From Tubulanus polymorphus (Eukaryota; Animalia; Nemertea), in NCBI RefSeq assembly GCF_964204645.1, contig NC_134025.1, positions 23,354,299-23,418,298 of the forward strand: DNA of 64,000 nt, in the 5' to 3' direction. Under the pieces are notes generated by a model. The model saw only the letters and a list, made by a program, of their open reading frames with translations. It had not been told where the DNA came from and did not search any database. This document shows, piece after piece, positions 37,381 through 47,881 of the stretch; position 1 is the first letter of the stretch; each line of letters opens with the position of its first letter. A program made the translations under genes and the position numbers.

Positions 37381-38024
37381 AATACCTTGGTAGATAGGTG
37401 GCCGGCCGTTCAAATTTAAAGAGTAAAAATGTTAATCAGATTGATTCATTAAATCTTACGCTTTAGAGAGGGTGCCTTTTCCGGTTTATGGCATGAAATT
37501 GACTTGCGCTTTTGGGCCCTTTCGTCGCCGGGTATCTACGAATTACACAATGGTGACACCATGGTCAGAAATTGGCCAATTATTGACTATGACTAGGAGC
37601 CCCCGCCGGCGGGGGAGCCGGCCGGGCTGAACTTTTGACTTCGAATTCGGAAATTTTTCAAGCCATGTTTGTTTTCAAACTACCAAGGATTCATCATTAC
37701 AAATGCAAACTGGTCATCCTGATCACCACTGACCAATATTCAAACGTTTTGAATATGAGATAACGATATAGGGCTACTGCCGCCGCTTTTTTGAAGTCCA
37801 TACATTGTATTGAGCTGTCATTGAGATCCAAACATTGTGTACCATACAGTTTTCTCTGGCCTGCAGGTGGCGCAGAATTTGACAGGCAACCAGTCCTTCA
37901 TTTCAATCCAAATATGAGAAATTTATTAAACCACGAGTCCGCTGTTCAGCACACGATATTACTGTAGACTGCGTTTTATTATTAGGTGTCCAGTATTTTG
38001 AAATAAAAGAATCCATCTTCCAAA

Positions 38025-41000
38025 ATGCAAAGGATTGTGTAAGTACAGACACAGTACAAAATATTTGATTGTGTCGAGGACAGAGAGAAGAGAGCTGTGC
38101 ATGCTGTGTCTGACTTGACTATTTATTATGATTCAATTCAATTTCTTTAATGAGTTGCTTTATTGCGTCATATAGGCCTAATCATATTGGCTTCTATACA
38201 ACAACAAAAATCACATTGTTCAATGTGCATTTCCATCCCAGTGAGTAAGATCAAGACGTCCTTTAACAAAATGGTGCTTAAATTTCTAGGGTAGGCCTTA
38301 CTTAAAGTCTTATACTAGGCTAGGTACTAAACTAGGGTAGTCAGTAACCTGACTGTGGTTAAGTTTCACGATCGGATATTTTCACAAACCACATAGTAAG
38401 TCCATTTTAAAAGCTTACCACCAATGATAAAGGTAACTAGCGCATTGAAAGCTGACTTACGATATTACTGGGATGGAAACGCACCCTGATCTAATTCTAC
38501 TGGATTCGAGTTACCTACTCCAGTGCTTGTTTATTGTGAAATGCCTTTCAATTACGCATTGTTTTTGCAGAAAACCATCGAATCAACGAGTGAAAAGGGC
38601 TCTGGAGAAACGCGCGCCCAAAATCATCGAAAACACAAAGCAGGCAATGTTCATTAAAGGTGGTCATACTAGTGAAATAGTGACTTTGGCATTGAAAGAA
38701 TTAGTATGTATATTATCAAAAATGTACTTTTGATATTATCTTAAAACTTTTTAAAAATTCCCATGCAGTGTCACCAGTGAAGACCTTTAATGATTTCTTT
38801 AATTTCATTTTCTTGATTCTTATAGTATTCGTACAGAAAACCAAATGCTGTTTTATTCAAAAAGTAAGTAATGGTGTAATGGCCCCCATTGGTTGTAGGC
38901 AGACTGTCAATAACATACATGTTTTTGTATGTATGTAATAAAAATCCAATTCTTGATTTTTCCAGGAAAAATATTACAAGACCATTTGAAGATCAAACAT
39001 CCATGGTATGTACATAAGACCAAAATAAAATGATACCTTCTTGTTTCTCCGGTCAGCTCATTTCGTAAACTGCAATAAAATTAGTAATCAGTTCATTTCT
39101 ATATTTGCTGGGTTTGTTACGGTGGTTTGCTTGATCATGATTTAAAAAAAAATTCATGTGCAGTTGAAATGAGAAACAAGCTATCAATTTTTTAACCTCA
39201 GGCCCTGTGAATAATTGTAGAGGTTTGAATTTGTGCATGCATTTGTCAAATAATTTTGATTGAGTTGATGTTATGTTTTTCATACCGGTATTCCAATTCT
39301 TCAGGAATTCTTCTCAAAGAAATCGGATAGTTCTCTCTTTATGTTCGGATCGCATTCAAAAAAACGGCCTCATAATCTGATTATCGGTATGTATGAATTA
39401 TTTTGCCTATTTTAACACTGTTATCCGTCTTGGAAAGATATTGACTTCAATTCATAAAGCCCTGCTATGATGATTGATGTATTGTAGGTCGTTTGTTTGA
39501 CTATCATGTCTTAGATATGGTAGAGCTTGGAGTTGAAAACGCTGTCTCAATGAAAGAATTTCAGGTAAATATAAATTTGAAGTATGAAGAGGTATGATCA
39601 ATATTTAATCTAACAACAATACAAGTAATGATGAACGCATGTCTGGTATATGTTCACTCTGATATGCCAGTAACAGGTACAGTTCGCTTCACTCAAGTCG
39701 GATCTTTTAGGAACATAGAAATTTGTCTGACTTGATTGATGTCCGAGTTGGATGTTATGTATTTCATATATAGCGTCACAAAAAATATTTAAAAAAAATA
39801 TCCAAGTTCATTGGATCCAACTTGGGCGGAGTCTACTGTATTTGTGAAAAATCTATTAGGCTATTAAGTCTGCATCTTCTTTAGACTGGCAAGATAAGTC
39901 TTGGATCGAAGCCATGCTTGCTGTTTGCTGGGGAACCCTTTGAAACAGACCATGAACATCAGAGGCTGAAGAACTTGCTTATAGGTAAGGCACAATTCAT
40001 TTCATGTTGTTGATGGTATGATGAGCTTGGGAACTCCAAATTGAAATTGACTTACCACCGCTAGAACCTTCCGTAATTCAAAATCTGACTCTTAAACTGT
40101 GAAATTGGTTCAGAAGTATTTTGTCCGCTGAATTCTGATAATAAGGTCACTGATTGGGGCTGGAAATCGCTTGCTCTGTTTTACTGGAAAATTTTTATTT
40201 TCAATTATCTTAGATTTCTTTCGGGGTCCAGTTGTGGATAACATACGACTTCAGGGCTTGGAGTATGTGATGATGTTCACTGCAATTGATGGGAAGATAC
40301 TACTCCGAATATACAAGTAAGTTTTCCTTTAAGCCTAGCGTACATCGACACTGCGATTGGAGACAACTAGTTGCGAGGCGTATGAGAGGAACTAGCTGGA
40401 TACAATCAGTTGCTCGAATTGTCGATGTGAGCGAGCTTACGACTGGTTGGAGTCCATCTATCTCCAGTTCCAGCCAGTTGCCCATGTTCTTTTTTTGAGC
40501 AACTAGGTTGCACTCAGTTACTGTCTGTCATATCCGTCGATGTGAGCGCTCCATAATCAACAACACATAGTTGTAACTGACTAAAACAAAGCAATTTGTC
40601 ACGTGACTTGGGATGCCCTCTAGAAGAATATTTGCCGGATAACACATCTCAGTTGCTGTGGATGTACGCGCTTTGGACCTAGCGATTGGCATGAGCCATG
40701 CAGTTGCTGGTTTTCATCAGATTTTTCGATGTGCGTGGGGTACTCGTTCACTAGCAACTAGTTGTCGCTTTGTCGATGTACACTAAGCTTTACTTTTCTC
40801 GATCGTTGATCTGTTGTTGATATTCTAAATGAAATTCGAGTGTAATTTCTTTTGTCGCTTTTCATTATCATTCAGAATCCTACTGAAGAAATCCGGTACG
40901 AAAACACCTCGGATCGAACTGGAGGAGATCGGACCGAGTTTCGATTTCGTGATGAGAAGAACGAAGTTAGCTTCGCTTGATTTGTTTAAAAGAGCAAAGC

Positions 41001-41560
41001 GAGTTCCGACAACAGTTCAGGTAGGTTTTAATCGCATGTAACGCCGTACGTAGCATATACGATGCACTATCTATCTTCTAATTACGCTTAGATATTGGTT
41101 GTAAACACGTTTTTAGGAAAAAAGAAATACACATATTTCGGTAAACGTAATATCTGACGCATGGCCAAAATTTTAATTGCGATTTCAATTTTGAATGGTT
41201 GGATATCATGATTTATGATACTAAAATGGTGATAGTGAAATGGTGTTTTAATTAATTTTTAACTGGTTGAATTCATTGTTCAGGCTTCTTAGGGTTAGGG
41301 ACCGGTTTTCGAGTGAGTACGGGTAGATCATATCTTCTGTGTTGTGTATGGTATTGAAAATCGTTTCATTTAAATTTTAGCCGAAGAAAAAGAAGAATAT
41401 ATCCCACGACGTATTCGGTACCAAGCTTGGACGTATTCACATGCAATCTCAAGATATCAATAAATTACAAACGAGGAAAATGAAAGGATTAAAAAGAAAA
41501 ACGACGTCGAAGAAAAATGATTCGAGTTTGTCGAAGAAAAGCAAATCTGAAGTTTCATAA
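38025..41560 (+). CDS. RPF2: Ribosome production factor 2 homolog (Brix domain), 10 coding exons
   Basis: Exons 38025-38038, 38571-38703 ([31 protein letters not shown]), 38826-38863, 38966-39005 (KNITRPFED), 39305-~39387 ([16 protein letters not shown]), 39488-39564 ([15 protein letters not shown]), 39885-39984, 40214-~40316 (DFFRG), 40876-41020 ([14 protein letters not shown] Brix motif), 41381-41560 ([26 protein letters not shown]), stop TAA. All introns GT-AG. Confidence 0.96.
38340..38440 (+). repeat. Dispersed repeat, second copy at ~50192-50285
   Basis: Both copies share GTCAGTAACC...CTGTGGTT..GTTTCACGATCGGATATTTTCACAA...AAAGCTTACCA. Confidence 0.8.
39680..39838. mobile_element. Tigger/pogo-like MITE in an RPF2 intron
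   Basis: TA|CAGTTCGCTTCACTCAAGTCGGATC ... GGATCCAACTTGGGCGGAGTCTACTG|TA: diverged ~25-bp TIRs with TA duplication. Confidence 0.7.
40332..40789. mobile_element. PIF/Harbinger-like MITE in an RPF2 intron
   Basis: TTA|AGCCTAGCGTACATCGACA ... TGTCGATGTACACTAAGCT|TTA: 19-bp TIRs and 3-bp TTA TSD. Internal CAACTAGTTG and GTCGATGT subrepeats. Confidence 0.88.
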
Positions 41561-41637
41561 CTAAATTTAACTGAAATAAAGTCATTCAAACAAGAAAAGC
41601 TGTATCTGTTTTTTGGTTTGTGAGGTTTTTCACGCTA

Positions 41638-41811
41638 CAGTAATACCTCGTTACAACGAACTTCACGGGACCAGAAAATCAGTTTGTTATAACCGATAGT
41701 TCGTTATATCCAGTATGAAATTAATAAAATCATCTCACTTGGGACGAAATTCTATATTTGTTGTACCCGATGAATCGTTGTAGCTGAGGTGGTTGTTACG
41801 AGGTTCCACTG
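41638..41811. mobile_element. Tigger/pogo-like MITE just 3' of RPF2
   Basis: TA|CAGTAATACCTCGTTACAAC ... GTTGTTACGAGGTTCCACTG|TA, with internal TTCGTTATA-type subrepeats. Confidence 0.85.
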
Positions 41812-42998
41812 TATATCTTATTGGTTCTAACTCTAGAACCGGTGAATTTCATCTGAGTTGGAGAGGTTTCCTCTTCATGACAATGAGTTCAGGAAAGCTA
41901 ATCATGATTAGAATCGAAAAATGAAGTCATCCAGACTGAATCTATGTGATTTGAAAATGATATCTCGTGAAACTTGACCCTTTATTGTGAGACGTTCTTT
42001 CGATTGAGATTGTTTTTGCAGAAACTCGTCGAATCGATGAGTGGAAAGGGCAGTGGACAAATACGAGCCCAAACATTTTTACTTGAGGCACAATTCGATT
42101 GCAGCTCCACATCTGTATTTCCCTCAGATCTCTTAGCAGGGAGGGAGGGCCATGAATATTTTCAAAACGTGAAAATTTTATTCCATAGCCTGCTGTTAAG
42201 ACATGGTGAATTTGAACAATGTAGCCAAAGTATTTGTTAAAAAGAATGATAGCTGTAGAAGTTTATATGGGACTCTCAAATTACCGTAATCGTCATTATC
42301 TTTTTACTTGTAGGTACCAGACTAAAACTGGCACAATGAATATATAGAATGTGAATGGTATTCTAACGTGGTCAATAAATGACAGCTAAAATAGCATTCG
42401 ATATACTTGACGCTCCTCTCCTAATTTGATTTCACCCACGATCTTGCAGAACTTTCTACACGTAGAGGGGTCAGGGCTTAACAAACTTATATTTCTAAAT
42501 TACTCGATGGCATTATTTATTCTAACCGAGAACAGTAGTCCCGGGTCTCGTTTTGTATCAGCGATATGAAATACATTCACCGCCAACAGAGACATTACAG
42601 AACGGTATAAAGAAAATCGGTGATTGATTGTCGATAACTGCGTAATTTAAACAAACATGTATGTATTGAGACCAGGCACATCTTTCACATTATTTCGTTT
42701 ATTACAAATGACGCGATAGGACCGAAGTTGTCTGCCTTGTGAAGGAAAAAATTCTCATAATGGTTTATAACAGAATGGAATGAAACGAAGCACAGTTTGA
42801 GTTAGCAAATGAAAATGATAGTCCATCGAAAACCATTCTTTATGCCATGAAAGCCGAGTGGTCACGTTGTAATTGAGGCTACCTATTTAAAGAAAAATAT
42901 GAATGTTGCTCATCAAATATATGGTTCCCGTAACCGAAAACACGATAGTTATGTTGTGGAATTCTTAGTGTCACGATCGTCACTCTTTGGAAAGAATA

Positions 42999-44177
42999 TC
43001 ATAAGTATTCATATATCTCGCAACTTACTTCTAAATTGTCGCTGATACTCGTAACGGTTCTAACCGGTTCAGGAGAATATTTAGGTCTGGGGATGTGCAG
43101 TGATGATTGATACGTTTCAGCAATGCTACCTGTTTCCGTCCACCTAATAATTCAAAATTGTAGTGTACTTAATCCATAGAACTCTAATCAAGAACAAGTT
43201 ACATTAAGATATCTCAAACACAGCTGCGGAGCCAGGTGACACGGTGGAAAATATTTCTCTTTTTCGCGGGAACGAAATGAATTTTTTCGCGGTAACGCAA
43301 ATGTGTGACATGGTGAAAAATATTGTTTGTTCTTTTAAACTTAACACTGTGGGTTAGGGTTAGGCTTACTAACCAAACTCTTATAATCATATTCATTACC
43401 TGCAGACGGCCTTAGCCGTTTACAACTCAATCATATTAGCCTTCCTAACACAAAAATCCCATCGCAAAATTACCCCTGAATTATAATAACCCCAAACATG
43501 GAGATTTTCATCCCCCTGAGAAATTTACTCCTTTGGGGGTATTTCAACTGAGAGGATGCTGGCCCCACATAACAGTCTGTAATCAACTTATTTCATGTGA
43601 CGGAATGAGAATCATATAATCATTTTGGCTAGCATCTATTCATATAGGGTTGGAACATGAACATAGGTAGACATGGAGTCGGTCTATGACTGCTAAAATG
43701 ACTCTGATCTCTTTCTGACCACATGGATTCATGGGTCAAGGGGAATTGCCATTAAAAAAGATTTCGTTCCCACAAAAAACATTTACCGAGCGAAAAAGAA
43801 TATATCTATTTTTCACTATGCCACCTCCGGCGTTCCGTATGACAACATTTCTGTGCCCAATAATTTATAAAGAAAATATTACAACTATAGCCCCAAGAAA
43901 ATCGGCGTGGCCATAGTAGATCTTAACCCAAATTCTAAGATCTGTATTGTTAAACTTACTGCACTTCATTCTTATCCTTTTCCCGGTGGCGTTTCCTGCG
44001 GCATAGAACCACAATCAGTAAGGTCATTAAGGCCAATAGTAGAGCAGCACCTAGCGATGATCCAAGTATAACAGCTTTGTTGTCGGCCCCATCGACGAGC
44101 CGCTCGTTGCAAGCTTCGCCAAAGAAGTGAACTTGTTCATTTTTAAAACATCTATTAAGGAAGTAGAACTTGAAATT

Positions 44178-44264
<87 letters not shown>

Positions 44265-46709
44265 GTAAAGATCGAGAGCCAAGCCAACAAATTTGCCCCT
44301 GGAATAAGTTTCATTCATGCTGGATGCTTTCATTTCAAATAAAAGAAAAAAAATTAAAGCTTTACTCACCTGCAATATCTCGTTCCGTTCAAAAATAATG
44401 CGCATTCGCCTTGACCATGTACGCACTTTGATGTTTGGCACTTATCCTCGCAGCTTATGTTGAATTTGTCTACATCATTGCGACAAGCATACCCAGTAGG
44501 GCAAACGCCTTCAATTTTACATGGTTCAAACTGAGTCTTAAGAATATCTGAAACACGATTATTAATACGGATGAGGAATTTCATTTGCAACTTTAGAATC
44601 GTTTGGAGACTTTTCTTCAATCCTACCTTTAAATGCATATGTATCGTATGTTGAATTAAGTTTATGCGCAGCGACCGTGGATAGATCGGTTAACTTGCCT
44701 AGTACGTGCGTTTCCAATTGACGCTTCAGATCGAAACCCACTTCGCTCCTCTGGCTATCTACCAGTACGGCCAATTCATATTCGACATCGAACGTTAACA
44801 ATACTGATTCGGAGTGACTACTACTAAGGAAAAAGTTGAGGAAAAAAATCAACATAGCATGTCTCAAAAAGTGTGTTACCGTAGCTTTAAGATTGATTAT
44901 TCATTAACTGTAATTGGAATACATTTTTGGTGTTAGAGTTGGGGTAGACCTGGATGCTTGCTCGATGATGAAATTGTTGAAATGCAATAATAAGTCACGT
45001 AGGGTGTTCACTAGCGTGGTTTTGAATGGCCCTTGAAATGGAGTTGAACCAATACAAGAAAAAAATGATTATTGCATTGTGTACGTTTATTGATAAATGG
45101 TTTTGATTTGAGTGAAATTAAATGAACTGAGACAGATTTCTCCCAAAAAAATTATTGATTCTCTTCATTAATTAAACTTCTCCAGAATTTTTCAATATCA
45201 TAACCATTTTACCAATACCCTGGTTTTATAATTCCCCACAGGAAAATATCGCAGGAATTGAAATCTGGTGATTTTGTGATTTAAAATCAATATCTCAACT
45301 GGCAGCTGGTCATTGAACAATAAACGTAAACAACGCAATCCGTAGTTTTTTGTTCGACTTCATTTTCATGGCCATTCTAAAACACCCTAGTGCTCAGCCA
45401 TGCATGGCTTATCATTTTATTTCAACATTTCATCCTTAAGCAATCATCTAAATCTACCAGCTTTATACCCTGCGAAAAAGAAATAATATAAATTGTAGTT
45501 AATGGATTAGTAATCTTAAAGCTTGGTTGTAACACACTTTCTAAGACACCTTGTAGTTGATCGTTTATTCATACCAGCCTAAAGGTCTCAACAACACGAA
45601 TTTTTTTAACATGAACTAATTCAGTAAATTGCTGACTATTGTAAGGAAAATCCCTAAAAAGTGATTATCAGTGAAAGAATGAATATGAACAGTTCCATTC
45701 TGATTTTGTATGATGGGCGTCAACCCGATAACGCGTATGTATTTTCACCTTTTACTTTGTGCTTTTCTAACTTCATTCAAAACAACACGATAGAAACCCG
45801 AACTGGCTTTAAAACATTGACGAAGCTGAAAGAGAATTTGTTTTAGTCTTATACGTCATATATGTCATATAAGTCATAACCTCAAAATGGCATGCTTTGA
45901 ATAATTGGAATTTATAAGAATATATATGTAACCGTGTGCAATTCAGTCAGCCAAAAACTAAGTCATAACTTCGAAATCCCATTCCATTTTCATACATTTC
46001 AATTCATTTTTCATGTTTACAAATTTTCAATTCAAAACCGGTTTTTTATATTGTGATGATACGTGAGATATCAACAGAGAAATTAATCGACGCTATCAGT
46101 TGGTATGGGTTGATAAGGTTTCAGACTAAACCACTACGACAAACATGATACTTGTATACCTCATATTTCGATAAGAACGACATGGTTTATATAAGCACCT
46201 CCCTGATATAAGTGACCCAATTACTCTATTAAAAGCAAACAAACAAGATACCGGTGCCAAGAATGTTTAAGATCGCATTTTTTTCCATCTTGAATGCACG
46301 ATCTCATTATGATTTCGAACTTACCATATCCCTTCTTTTGTGAGTAAGGGAGTGATATTCTAATGACTGTGGGTCGGTGTAATCGATAATCCATGCTTGA
46401 GTAACCTTCACCGAAAAGTTTTTAATGATGAAGAATTTATTCGCTATAAAGAATGAATATGATTAATTAAGTAGGCCTATATTCGAATTCACCATCTGCT
46501 CGGCAATACAAAGATAAATTGGCGAAATATCTTTAAGTAAAGAAATAACCCAATTATATCTGAAATTGTTGCTTAATCAGCACACCTGTCATGGGATCGA
46601 CGAGTAGTGGTCTGGAAGAAGCTGTTGTAGTGGCGGTCGCAGTTTTGACCACGATAAAAGCCAACATGATGGAAAACTGTGGTATTAAACCAATGAACAA
46701 TTTAACCAT
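42999..46709 (-). CDS. Type I membrane protein: signal peptide, SEA-like domain, EGF-like repeats, TM helix, short cytoplasmic tail (mucin-like)
   Basis: Phase-compatible exons: 46709-~46586 (MVKLFIGLIPQFSIMLAFIVVKTATA signal peptide; an upstream in-frame ATG lies at 46763), ~46444-46325 (FSVKVTQAWIIDYTDPQSLEYHSLT), ~45825-45749, ~44825-44627 (SVLLTFDVEY), ~44547-44370 (Cys-rich EGF-like), ~44151-43961 (FFGEAC then TM AVILGSSLGAALLLALMTLLIVVLC-RRKR), 43850-43787, ~43143-42999 (LHIPRPK). The 3' end is uncertain because an internal GTAAGT at ~43028 could splice further. Confidence 0.72.
44181..44263. repeat. (AT)n microsatellite, ~41 units, intronic
   Basis: Perfect AT dinucleotide run. Confidence 0.99.
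45000..45389 (-). mobile_element. Internally deleted Tc1/mariner element with a transposase relic
   Basis: Ends TAGGGTGTT...GAATGGCC / GGCCATTCTAAAACACCCTA; the left TIR is interrupted by a short insertion. Minus strand ~45271-45224 reads SPDFNSCDIFLWGIIK, the mariner/Tc1 SPDLNPxD..LWG..K motif. Confidence 0.75.
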
Positions 46710-46989
46710 TACTGCTATGTGTTGCTTAATCACACGTGAAAATGGAAACGAATAGTATTTCATTAGATCTGAAAGTATGAAAAAAATTATCAAAATCCAG
46801 AACCAAAAACGTTTTTATTTCTATGAAGGCAAAAAATATATAATTTATCAAAATCATTTTTTCATAATCGTATATAGACACACCCAAAACACAAACATTA
46901 AACTTACCGTTGTCAAAAATCCTTTTAGAAAATTCCTATTTTCTTCCAGCGTAAATGAAATTATCAATGCGATCTTTAATCAGTAAGGG

Positions 46990-47465
46990 AGTAAACGCTT
47001 TCCCACGCGACAGCAAGATCTCTCTCGTAAACCAGTTGGCCGTGATCTACCACAATATTCTTATTTGTGCAAACCTTTCTACTTTTTAACTTTCCATAGA
47101 TTTACGAGACACGCAACAACTGCAGATAAAAATTCAACTATTTTTATTCGAAGGACTGACGGATCGTATTTATATTTGTCGAGTCCACAACATACAGCCT
47201 TCTCGCTTGAAAGTATTCGTCACAACCACTTCAAATCAGATCTCGTGCTGATATATTGCGTCGAATAATAGCATGATTAAAGAAATCATTGACTCTAAAA
47301 CGAATTTCGTGACAGTCGGCCAGCAATAGCCTAAAACACCGGTCATGATCTAACGACAATATCCTCAGCGCAAACCTTTCTACTTTTCACCTGTTCGTAG
47401 ATTTATGAGACACGTAACTAAAAGAGAAAAAATCATTTTTTTTTGCCGAATGACTGATGGATTTT
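46990..47465. repeat. Diverged direct duplication (~300 bp period) upstream of the SEA-EGF gene
   Basis: TGATCTA..ACAATAT...GCAAACCTTTCTACTTTT...TAGATTTA(C/T)GAGACACG...GA(A)..ACTGA(C/T)GGAT occurs at ~47043-47165 and ~47346-47462. Confidence 0.75.
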
Positions 47466-47881
47466 ACCGTGTATACTAACATTCGTTGTTAGCCGAAGAA
47501 TCCTCTAATATTCTTGATCCAAGAAACTGGTCAGCTACAGATTGTGTAAAATCAATGTATACTGTGTGCACATTGTTTATATTCAGATTATTGATTATAA
47601 ACATTATCTAATGATTGTATTGTTTATATTATTGATACATTAAATTTAAAAAACTAAGAATTATTGATACGTTAGATTTGAAAATTCAATTCATACATTT
47701 ATTCACACACATATACCTAATTCCAGTCGACGCGTCGAAATGATTGAAAAAAATTATTGATAAATCATTTATGTTACATCTGGTTAGTTCCTATATAGTG
47801 AATGCATATATATCCACAAAATTTGGCTAATCAGAGAAAAGAAACAACAGATATCGCAGACTAATGGTTTTTATTTTCAAT

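Noticed and set aside
30050-37740. Possible long TIRs for the 8 kb block (30090-30140 vs reverse complement of 37615-37680)
   Set aside because: Only patchy similarity that does not extend outward; no TSD found.
39622-39733. Apparent C/D box snoRNA in an RPF2 intron (ATGATGA ... CTGA with CAAG/CTTG terminal stem)
   Set aside because: The 3' half, including the D box, lies inside the Tigger-like MITE 39680-39838, and no rRNA/snRNA antisense element was recognised.
43956-44441. ORFs with (IY)n runs (43956-44441 -, 44127-44342 +)
   Set aside because: Translation through an intronic (AT)n microsatellite. Only the flanking minus-strand exon is real.
45575-45654. Exon-like minus-strand segment DFPYNSQQFTELVHVKKIRVVETF in the SEA-EGF gene
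   Set aside because: Its evident GT donor is phase 0, whereas the flanking exons join directly in phase 2. Not included without transcript data.
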